From: an uncultured Gammaproteobacteria bacterium | GTDB lineage: Bacteria; Cyanobacteriota; Vampirovibrionia; Gastranaerophilales; CAZEDP01 | Assembly (NCBI GenBank): GCA_964643065.1 | Contig: CAZXPD010000004.1 | Location: 5,098-69,097, forward strand | Reading direction: 5' to 3' | Length of the DNA: 64,000 nt | Shown: piece after piece, positions 56,194-64,000 of the stretch | Position numbering within the stretch: position 1 is the first letter of the stretch | Layout: each line of letters starts with the position of its first letter | Made by a program: the position numbers and the translations under genes | Notes under the pieces: model-generated | Database searches by the model: none | Told to the model about the DNA's origin: nothing | The model's input: only the letters and a program-made list of their open reading frames with translations

Positions 56194-57047
56194 GCTTTTG
56201 GAACATTTATATCAACGAAAACTGAAACAAAGAAGAGAATTTTTTCTTTAATTGTTTCCAGCCTTTCTTGGGTTTTATTTTTTAAATTTTCTTTCGGGGA
56301 AAGTATTCTTTTGCTTTGAAATTCGAGAATTGAGCTTTTAAAAGCCAAATCTTCATATTCTTTTGAATAGCTGTCTTTTTCACCATAGGGACTGGATTTT
56401 TGCTCAAGAACGGTAGTTGTTTTGAGCTGAACAGCCTTGAATTTTTCAATCAAAGATGATACATAGGCTTTTTGTTTAATTTCGGGTATAAATCCTGCCA
56501 GTATCTGCACGAGGGTATTTTGCACAAATGCGTCTTTCAAATTCACGACATTTTCTTTTGCTGATTGATATGTTTCGGAGAAGAAATCGCTAATTTTGTA
56601 TAAGAATCCAAGATCTCTGTATTGTTCTTTGTAGCCCTTGATTTGGTTTTCAAGCAGTTCTTTTTTTACAGTCAGTTCCTGCATCTTTTGGTTATCATTA
56701 TCAAGATTCAGAACTTTCTGGGCATTGATTTCTCTTTGTGTTTTTTCAAGTTCCGCTTCGGCATTTTCAAGCAGAAGTTCGAGCCTGAGAGAGTCTGTCG
56801 GAAGATAATTCAGCAAATTTTTATTCATTATCTTGGAATCAATGTCATTAATTCTTTTCTGCGGTTGGGGACTTTTTACAAAAACATCATCAGAGAGGGG
56901 TTCGGCAAAGATATTTCTCGGCATGTAATTTTTGCCGTTCCTGTTTTTATCTTTGTCTTTTAACTGAGAAACGGGTGTGTATGTTTTATTTCCGCTGATT
57001 TTAAAGAAGTCGGAGTATCCCAAGGGACAAATCCCCCATTTAATCAC
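56190..57047 (-). CDS. Hypothetical coiled-coil protein
   Basis: 285-aa ORF with a GTG start. The start is uncertain; an alternative is ATG 56924. Confidence 0.45.
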   Translation of the reverse strand: MIKWGICPLGYSDFFKISGNKTYTPVSQLKDKDKNRNGKNYMPRNIFAEPLSDDVFVKSPQPQKRINDIDSKIMNKNLLNYLPTDSLRLELLLENAEAELEKTQREINAQKVLNLDNDNQKMQELTVKKELLENQIKGYKEQYRDLGFLYKISDFFSETYQSAKENVVNLKDAFVQNTLVQILAGFIPEIKQKAYVSSLIEKFKAVQLKTTTVLEQKSSPYGEKDSYSKEYEDLAFKSSILEFQSKRILSPKENLKNKTQERLETIKEKILFFVSVFVDINVPKA

Positions 57048-57161
57048 AGGATTAAATTATGCTGATTTTTTGCGGACAGTTCATCATTTTTTAGAATGAT
57101 ATTCTATGAACGGTTCTAATTTTCTTTCTGTTCGGATAAAATTAAATTTGAGGATATAAAT

Positions 57162-57473
57162 ATGACAGATAAAACATTAGATAAAATTATCGAAAAAATA
57201 TTGGAAATAATTAATCCTGATAAAATAATTCTCTTTGGCTCAAGAGCGAAGAATACAGAGAACGAAAACAGTGATTATGATTTGTTGATTATTAAATCAG
57301 GCATTGAGAATAAGAGAGAAACAGTAAAACAATTATACAGAAGCATGCTTGGTACCGGTGCAAGCGTTGATATACTCCTTGAAAAACCTGAAATTGTCGA
57401 AAAATACAAAGATTCTGTCGGATATATTTATAAATTTGCATTAAATGAAGGCAGGGTTGTTTATGCAAAATAA
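57162..57473 (+). CDS. mntA: Minimal nucleotidyltransferase (MNT antitoxin type)
   Basis: ILFGSRAKN...SDYDLLI (GS...DxD). Confidence 0.8.
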   Translation: MTDKTLDKIIEKILEIINPDKIILFGSRAKNTENENSDYDLLIIKSGIENKRETVKQLYRSMLGTGASVDILLEKPEIVEKYKDSVGYIYKFALNEGRVVYAK

Positions 57474-57863
57474 TGCAAGAGATTGGTTATTGCGAGCAAA
57501 GAGTAATCTTGAACATGCTCGCAGAGTTAATAAAGAAGACCTTTCCGCTTATGGAGGTTATATTTTCTATGAGGAATTGTGTTTTGGTCTTCAACAGTGT
57601 GTCGAAAAATCATTAAAGGCAATACTTATTCATTTAAATATAGAATTCCCAAAAACTCATGCAATTTCAAAACTGATAGAATTATTAAAAGAAAATGCTC
57701 AGGAATATCCCGACAGCTTATTAGATGCCGTTGATTTAACTGTATATGCTGTAGATGCAAGATATCCGAGTATCAAGATGTTGTATCCGAAAAGGAATAT
57801 TTTATGTCTATAGAAATAGCTCAAGATGTTTATGATTGGGCTTCAGAACAAATAATAAGGTAA
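57463..57863 (+). pseudogene. hepT: HEPN-domain protein (HepT-like), apparently frameshifted near 57768
   Basis: The frame-1 ORF ends DARYPSIKMLYPKRNILCL* at 57813. Frame 3 from 57768 reads EYQDVVSEKEYFMSIEIAQDVYDWASEQIIR* (stop at 57861..57863), which looks like a normal HEPN C-terminal helix. ccgag is probably derived from ccggag. Confidence 0.55.
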
Positions 57864-57868
57864 GAATT

Positions 57869-58246
57869 ATGAAGTTTCTTCACACAATGATTAGGATAAC
57901 CGATATCGAAAAATCTCTTAAATTCTATACTGAAATACTTGATATGAAACTTTCGCATGTTATTGACATTGCGGATGCCAAGCTGCATTTTTTACGCGAT
58001 TCAAGCGGATGTTGTGAAATCGAGCTGACATATAATAAGGAACAGCCGGAAAACGGCTATGAGATGGGCAATCAGTTCGGGCATTTGGCGTTTGCAACAG
58101 AGAGTATGGTTTCATTTACCGAAAAGATAAAGCAGCATGAAATAGATTATTATATCAAACCCTTTGACGTAACGCCCAAAGGTCCTACCATTGCATTTGT
58201 CAAAGATCCTGACGGATATTTGATTGAATTAATTGAGAGACTCTAG
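57869..58246 (+). CDS. gloA: Lactoylglutathione lyase (glyoxalase I)
   Basis: MKFLHTMIRITDIEKSLKFYTEILDMKL...GHLAF...FVKDPDGYLIELIE. Confidence 0.8.
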   Translation: MKFLHTMIRITDIEKSLKFYTEILDMKLSHVIDIADAKLHFLRDSSGCCEIELTYNKEQPENGYEMGNQFGHLAFATESMVSFTEKIKQHEIDYYIKPFDVTPKGPTIAFVKDPDGYLIELIERL

Positions 58247-58247
58247 T

Positions 58248-59369
58248 CTAATCAATAAAGTCAGCCAGAATCGAATTGCTCAGAAGCACACCGTCAATCG
58301 TGAGCTTCAAGTATCCGTTATCTAAAGTCATAAAACCGTAATCAATATACTTTTCTATCGTTTTTTTGTGATTTTCTAATAAATCAAAATCATAAAGTTT
58401 TTTAAATTTCTCTAAATCAATTCCCTGTCTTAATCTTAGTCCCAAAAATATTGCTTCCTCAATTATTTTTTGAGATGAAAGTTGTTCATGGAAGTCAATT
58501 TTATATTCGTTATTTAAATAATTCTCAATATCAGCTGTATTTGAGTATCGAACTTCGCCAATATAGCCGTGCGCACCCAGCCCAAAACCGAAATATTCCT
58601 GATTGTTCCAATATGTCAGATTATGCTTTGATTCAAACCCTTTTTTCGCAAAATTGCTGATTTCGTAATGTTCAAAACCGCTTTCCGTAATGATATCAAC
58701 TGCGGTTCGATACATTTTTGCGCAGCGCTCATCATCGGGAAGATTTTCAGGGGTTTCTGTATAAAACGCTGTACCTTCTTCAATTTTCAGTCCGTAAAGA
58801 GAAATATGGTTAATATTTAATGAAAGAGCTTTCATTAATGTCTCTTTCCATTGCTCTAAAGTCTGATTAGAAAGTCCGTAAATTAAATCGATGCTAATGT
58901 TTTTAAAGCCTGATGTAAGAGCATTTTCAACAGTATTCAAGGCATCTTCCGAATTATGCGCCCTGCCGAGAATTTTCAAAGATTTATCGTCAAAACTCTG
59001 AACTCCGATGCTCAGCCTGTTAAATCCGATTTTTCTCAGCCCTTTGAGATATTCAAAATCAACCGTTGCGGGATTAATTTCTATCGTTATCTCGCAGTTA
59101 TTATTTAACTCAAAATCGCTTTTAACAGCGTTAAAAATCTCCTGCAAATATTTAATGTTAAGGACGGACGGCGTTCCCCCGCCAAAATATACGGTTTTTA
59201 TATTTAAATTCCCATATTTCCTGCCGTAAGCGGTAATTTCTTCTTTAAGAGCTTCAATATAGTTTTTAATACAGTCGTTTTTGTCATCAAAAGACACAAA
59301 AGAACAGTAATTGCATTTTTTGATGCAAAAGGGCATATGTATATAGATGCTTTTGGGCTGTTTTTTCAT
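58248..59369 (-). CDS. hemW: Radical SAM heme chaperone HemW (HemN-like)
   Basis: IYIHMPFCIKKCNYCSF, YFGGGTPS and a C-terminal HemN_C-like region. Confidence 0.85.
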   Translation of the reverse strand: MKKQPKSIYIHMPFCIKKCNYCSFVSFDDKNDCIKNYIEALKEEITAYGRKYGNLNIKTVYFGGGTPSVLNIKYLQEIFNAVKSDFELNNNCEITIEINPATVDFEYLKGLRKIGFNRLSIGVQSFDDKSLKILGRAHNSEDALNTVENALTSGFKNISIDLIYGLSNQTLEQWKETLMKALSLNINHISLYGLKIEEGTAFYTETPENLPDDERCAKMYRTAVDIITESGFEHYEISNFAKKGFESKHNLTYWNNQEYFGFGLGAHGYIGEVRYSNTADIENYLNNEYKIDFHEQLSSQKIIEEAIFLGLRLRQGIDLEKFKKLYDFDLLENHKKTIEKYIDYGFMTLDNGYLKLTIDGVLLSNSILADFID

Positions 59370-59427
59370 TCAAATTAAAACCTGTCCTAGTTATATTGTA
59401 GGACAGGTTTATTGGTTTAGGGTAATA

Positions 59428-60723
59428 TTAAGCCAAAAATTCTTCCAATTCTTTAACGGCAGAGGTAATGAAATTTTGTCTTTCTTGCTGATATTCTTTG
59501 TTGTTTTGTATCGCGTCTTTAGTCGCAGTTTCAGTTTGTCCTAAGTCTATGCTGTTTTTAGAAACGAATTGTTTCATTTCCTCATCAATTTGCATATTGC
59601 TGTCGAGAACTTTTTGATAATATCTTGTAATGGTATCATTCCAGCTTTTGAAGCCTTTAGATGTTTCTATTTTGGATTTTAAGAAGCCAACCAGATCCTC
59701 ATGGAATAATGATTTCAAATCATAAGCGGTTGCTAATCCTTCAGGATAGGCAGCCGGTTCAATACCTCTTAATAAATCCATTCTTATCTTGTCAGCAGGA
59801 TCTGCAAATTTTATTGTTTTGGTCAATTCTATTATATTTGACAATATTTCCTGTTCTTCTAAGTCTTTTGTGATGTTGTTTTGCTTAAAAAATTCCTGAA
59901 GTTTCTTTTCATAAAAAGAATAACGGTGTTTTGTTTCGCTTCCTACGTTGAACAAACTTGATAAATAATTTAAGTTTAATTCTTTAAATGTATAAATGTT
60001 TTCCAGTATTAATCCTTTAGAATGGTCTTTCAAAAGCCACAAATTTTTGATATTCAAAAGGTTATCAAGACCATCACCAAACTTGGGATTTGTTGCAGAT
60101 TTATCAAATAATCTTAAAACTTCGTAAGATGTTCTGGATGCAAATCTGTTTGCAAACCTGATTAATGTATCAGGTAAGAAATGAGCCATATTAACAGCTG
60201 TTTGTTTGGCATCGCCTGCTAATTGGAACGATTGTGAAGAAGGTATGCTGGCATCAGTAATATGTTTATTGTTATAAATCATTGAGCTTTGCGGTTTATC
60301 TGTTCTAATAAGATTTATTGGTAATTGATTATTATCAATTATTTCTTTTTGAACAAGTTCAATTAATTTGTCAACATTAGTCAGGTCTTTATCAGTTTCG
60401 CTTAACAGCTTTTTTAGGTCAGATAAATATTTGTTTATTTTCAAAAAGCTTATCATCGGAGGCTTCAATAAGTTTTCTGATTGGTTTTTACACAAATTTT
60501 CAGCAATAATTTTAGCTGTTGCAAGAACTTTTTCGTCAGTGATTTCTTTTTTACCGGCATTCATAATACTGTCCAAGAAACCTTTGAAGTTTATATTTTT
60601 AGTAGCTCTTCCGGAACTGACAAACTCATCAGCGCTTAATTGGTTTGAAATATTTTTTTGATGATTAGTATTACTTTGAATTTGTGTAATAGATTTAACA
60701 TTTTGAACCTGATTTACTAACAT
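59428..60723 (-). CDS. Hypothetical protein
   Basis: 431 aa counted from ATG 60723, which has GGGAG 7 nt upstream (the track start is 60777). Confidence 0.5.
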   Translation of the reverse strand: MLVNQVQNVKSITQIQSNTNHQKNISNQLSADEFVSSGRATKNINFKGFLDSIMNAGKKEITDEKVLATAKIIAENLCKNQSENLLKPPMISFLKINKYLSDLKKLLSETDKDLTNVDKLIELVQKEIIDNNQLPINLIRTDKPQSSMIYNNKHITDASIPSSQSFQLAGDAKQTAVNMAHFLPDTLIRFANRFASRTSYEVLRLFDKSATNPKFGDGLDNLLNIKNLWLLKDHSKGLILENIYTFKELNLNYLSSLFNVGSETKHRYSFYEKKLQEFFKQNNITKDLEEQEILSNIIELTKTIKFADPADKIRMDLLRGIEPAAYPEGLATAYDLKSLFHEDLVGFLKSKIETSKGFKSWNDTITRYYQKVLDSNMQIDEEMKQFVSKNSIDLGQTETATKDAIQNNKEYQQERQNFITSAVKELEEFLA

Positions 60724-60826
60724 TATTATCTCCCTGATTATTAATTTAACTGTAAATATAAAACCCCTGAACTTCAAAAATTGCCAATTTTATTTTAAAT
60801 ATTTCAAAGTATTTACATAGGATAAT

Positions 60827-60854
60827 AAAAAACCCGCCTTCTCGGGCGGGTTTT
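60827..60854 (-). terminator. Rho-independent terminator (A-run and T-run on both sides)
   Basis: acccgcc-ttctcg-ggcgggt stem-loop flanked by aaaaaa and tttt, 14 nt downstream of the glgA-like stop. Confidence 0.75.
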
Positions 60855-60867
60855 AGAGTGGAAATAA

Positions 60868-63402
60868 TCACACCGCTATATTCAACGCATCCATATATTC
60901 CCAGAATGAACCTTTTCTATCGGCAGGATTTTTATCGATAATCCAGCTGAAATCATTATTCATTGCATTTTTAACCATTTGATAATATTTACCGCTGTCG
61001 TTTACGAACAAATCATAGGATTGTTTTAGTGCTTCAGCAAAGGATGCGGCATTTTTTTGAAGATTCGCGTCTGTCATCTCGGGCAATATTTCCTTGCTCA
61101 GGAAACCGTCGACGCCGTGTTTTATTGTATCAACAAGTCCGCCTGTTCTGGATGCCACAGGAATTGTGCCTTTTGCCATAGCTTCCATTTGAACAAGCCC
61201 GCAGGGTTCAAACCAGCTCGGTATATCAAAATATTGACCTCCGACCTGAAGAATTTCTTTCAATTCATCTGTTACAAAACCCGGCATAATTACTATTCTG
61301 TTTCCCATTTCCTTCATTTCAGCTTTTTTGGGTTTCAGGATATCTTCGAGCATGTCTTTATCTCCTTTATTTACCGGAGGAGAGGGCTTGCCGGCCATAA
61401 TAAATACGGGTTTTTCCTTGTTATCCTTTGTTAATTGTTCGTAGAGCTTCTTTATTGCTTTCATGTTTATATCAAAGCCCTTTTGCGGATCCATCCGTCC
61501 AATCATTACATAAATCGGCGTTTTATCTGTTATATCCGAGATATCCGTATATTCCGGGCTAATCAGCGGAGGGTCTTTACTGTTGACAGACTTTGCTTTG
61601 AGATCCGCAACGTATTTTTTAAGATATCTGTTTAAAACCTTGCTGTTTTCAGGCTTAATTTGATCTGCATCCTCTGCTGTGTAGGGTTTGAGCTCTATGC
61701 CCGTTATTTCTTTAAGCTTCAATGTGTTATTAAGTTTTGATATGAGGGGCTCTGTCGGTATCAAATTTGCTTTATCATTACCGTTAACCGTTCCTATCAT
61801 TGTTCCCTGATTCTTTCTAAGTCTTAACAGCTCGGGCAAATCTCTGGAAAATTCGCCGCTTGTGGCAACCTGTTCGGCATAATTTTTAGAAACGGGTTTA
61901 ACCATATCAGCAAGAGTACATCCCATTTGAGCAAAATTAACGCTTTCCCCGGTATACAAAGTATTATTAAGCTTATGGTTATCGAACTGCGGATGTGATA
62001 TCGTGACTGTTCTAAGAGATTTCATGTATTTTTCGAACAGCAAAGACAGGATTTTATCCTGCGCGTATTTGTCATTAACCCATCCCTGATATGCCATATT
62101 ATGCCCGACATAAACTATAGGAATATTGCTGAGCTTTTCGGCGGCTTCTTCGCTGATAACATTCATTTTGGCTTTTATTTGTGTCATATACCTGAAGAGA
62201 GCTACACACGGCCCTGCCTGCCAATCGTTTGCTATCATTGCATCAGGCGGCTTTATTGCGTCAATTTTTCCGTCAAATTCGCTGCGGCTGACTAATGATC
62301 CGTCAGTCAGCATTAATTTTCCGTTTTCTTCATTCTTCTTTAGATGCAGAGCAAATTCATGAACCGCTTTTGAGAAGAATGCAAATCTTTCCTGTTCGTT
62401 GCTATTCCCGTTACTTGTGTAAGGGCTTATTTTTGCGGCGTCCTTACCGTCGGTAATATCCATTCTTTTATTGGAGAATAAAATGTATCGTGTATTATTT
62501 ACTTTGGTTGTATAAATTTTAGTTTTCTCAAAAGTCAGTATGCCGTTTTCGTGAACAGGAATTTCCAGTTCGCATAATTTTTGCAATAATAGACCGTCTT
62601 TATTATTGCCGACTTTGTAAAATGCTTTTCCGTTTCCGAGTTCGGTAATGAAAGCCTTCATTCCGCTTAATGTTTTGGCTCCGTTGTGAACATACAAACC
62701 TGATAAAACAATTCCTTCTCCTTTAACACCGCCGTTAAGTACTTTATTATTAAGAGTATCTGCAATTTGTACGGGAACTTCAGCTAAACCGCCTTCTTTG
62801 ACTGTATTGACGGTTTCCGATGTCGGTATCCAGACAGTGGGGTTTTCCAGCCGGGGAATATCGTGTCTTTCAATTCTCTTTCGGGCTTCCATTCTGATTT
62901 TGTTAAGGATTGGCTTGTCAAGCTCTTCTTCCGAGTATGTTATTTTGCCGGTTAATGTATCGGAAATCACTTTAACTTTCTGCGGCAGCTTTTCCTGAAT
63001 GTCCGTTTTTTGAGATAATTCGCTTAATTTTGACATAATTACATTAAGGACTTGGTTGTCATTTTTTTGTTTTTCAATCAATTTTAGAATTTCGGGGCTG
63101 ACTTTCCCTTTGTTAAGCAAAGTCATAATTACCGCCGCACCTGCCATGGCAGTGCCCGCAAGTGAAATAAACTGAAAACTGTTGCTTGGGAATCTTCCTA
63201 AATAGCTCCCTCCAAAACTCGCTTCCTGTCCGGGATAAGGTCTGTTGTATGAGTTATAAGGATTCAAACTTGTCATTCCGGCACAGCCGTTTTGCAAGTT
63301 TTGAGCATATTGTTTGTTTTTGGAAACATCTATACCAGTTCCGTTTTTATAATACGGAAATCTCTCCAGCACAGAGCCGGAAAAACCTAAAGGCTTCACC
63401 AT
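60868..63402 (-). CDS. Glycogen/starch-synthase-like GT5 glycosyltransferase with a long N-terminal extension and predicted TM helix
   Basis: VKEGGLAEVP (K-x-GGL) and EPCGLVQMEAMAKGTIPVASRTGGLVDTI. The N-terminal ~190 aa include FISLAGTAMAGAAVIMTLL. ATG 63402 has AAGGGGGA upstream. Confidence 0.7.
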   Translation of the reverse strand: MVKPLGFSGSVLERFPYYKNGTGIDVSKNKQYAQNLQNGCAGMTSLNPYNSYNRPYPGQEASFGGSYLGRFPSNSFQFISLAGTAMAGAAVIMTLLNKGKVSPEILKLIEKQKNDNQVLNVIMSKLSELSQKTDIQEKLPQKVKVISDTLTGKITYSEEELDKPILNKIRMEARKRIERHDIPRLENPTVWIPTSETVNTVKEGGLAEVPVQIADTLNNKVLNGGVKGEGIVLSGLYVHNGAKTLSGMKAFITELGNGKAFYKVGNNKDGLLLQKLCELEIPVHENGILTFEKTKIYTTKVNNTRYILFSNKRMDITDGKDAAKISPYTSNGNSNEQERFAFFSKAVHEFALHLKKNEENGKLMLTDGSLVSRSEFDGKIDAIKPPDAMIANDWQAGPCVALFRYMTQIKAKMNVISEEAAEKLSNIPIVYVGHNMAYQGWVNDKYAQDKILSLLFEKYMKSLRTVTISHPQFDNHKLNNTLYTGESVNFAQMGCTLADMVKPVSKNYAEQVATSGEFSRDLPELLRLRKNQGTMIGTVNGNDKANLIPTEPLISKLNNTLKLKEITGIELKPYTAEDADQIKPENSKVLNRYLKKYVADLKAKSVNSKDPPLISPEYTDISDITDKTPIYVMIGRMDPQKGFDINMKAIKKLYEQLTKDNKEKPVFIMAGKPSPPVNKGDKDMLEDILKPKKAEMKEMGNRIVIMPGFVTDELKEILQVGGQYFDIPSWFEPCGLVQMEAMAKGTIPVASRTGGLVDTIKHGVDGFLSKEILPEMTDANLQKNAASFAEALKQSYDLFVNDSGKYYQMVKNAMNNDFSWIIDKNPADRKGSFWEYMDALNIAV

Positions 63403-64000
63403 AATATCCCCCTTGCTCTGCAAATAAAATATTACCTAAGTTTTAAATCGATTCGGTCAACTTCAAGCATTAACTGCCGGTAGAAAGCTAACCAAATTGC
63501 GAATACATACCACATATTAGGGATATTAAAACGCATAATTCATTACCCCTTATAAATGAAGATACACATTTCCCTAACACTAGCTTTGTAACGAAAGAGC
63601 TTTTAAAAAGCAAAATTCATTGTTTTACTTTTTTAATACTCCCGCTTCGCCATACCGCTTTACAGATTTTGCCGGTCTTTTATTATTAATTGCAAAGTGG
63701 TATTAAAAGCTAATACAATTGTCCAACTCCGGCAGAAGTCTTTTTCATCACCTCCCCGCCGACAAATATTATTTAAGATTCAAAAGATAATTAATTTTAG
63801 CGAATTACCGTTAAAAATAGCAGTAATATATGCTGAAATTCATAACTACACGCAAACCAAGGCTAAACATAAAATAACCTTTCTTTACAAAAAATCACAC
63901 AAAGTAAGTAAAACTACTAAGAAGGAAAACTAACCTTAATCCCTATGCTCAACTATATTTCCATTTGCATGCATTATACATTAAAAATACAAAAACTTCA

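Noticed and set aside
1-64000. tRNA, tmRNA, rRNA, integrase or transposase genes that could define island borders
   Set aside because: I found no T-arm-like GGTTCGAATCC-type sequence outside coding regions, and no ORF with integrase or transposase motifs. The gggttgaaaccc hairpins at 31.2-31.5 kb have a 4-6 nt loop and do not fit a tRNA T-arm.

Overview
Visibly AT-rich bacterial chromosomal window; I cannot assign a taxon from the sequence alone. No tRNA, rRNA, CRISPR array, integrase or transposase was recognised. All domain calls are motif recognition by eye, since no searches could be run. LEFT THIRD (1 to about 22.3 kb): a phage-derived head-morphogenesis cluster on the minus strand. It contains large terminase 20230-21510, portal-like 16211-17884, scaffold-like 8498-9211, HK97-type major capsid 7510-8352 and adaptor-like 5110-5829. 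No tail, lysis, replication or integration genes are visible, and the cluster is interrupted by cellular-type genes (crcB, a TPR protein, two XRE regulators). MAIN FINDING: two paralogous arrays are embedded in this cluster (locus A 156-5082, locus B 10513-15796) with the grammar of polymorphic toxin systems. Each starts with a 550-570 aa modular protein: a shared ~85 aa N-terminus, a Pro/Glu/Asp/Asn linker, a helical region, a Gly hinge and a variable C-terminus. Behind it lie a multi-TM protein, promoterless orphan C-terminal modules that keep near-identical DNA handles to the full-length gene, extra immunity-type genes (including a tandem triplet) and a shared 54-bp 3' junction. The N-terminal domain resembles no trafficking domain I know, and one full-length gene is the first minus-strand gene after the portal. 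RIGHT TWO THIRDS: mostly housekeeping genes. These include a riboflavin cluster (ribE, ribBA, ribH) split by ablA/ablB, a CcrM-like orphan methyltransferase and a poly-proline ORF. Also present are otsA-treT-otsB, GH38, patatin, suhB, hemW, gloA and a long glgA-like gene. Accessory candidates here are an ATPase-less OLD-type Toprim protein with a Cys-His-Asp neighbour, a P-loop ATPase with zinc ribbon and wHTH preceded by 53-bp direct repeats, and a MNT/HEPN pair with a frameshifted HEPN.
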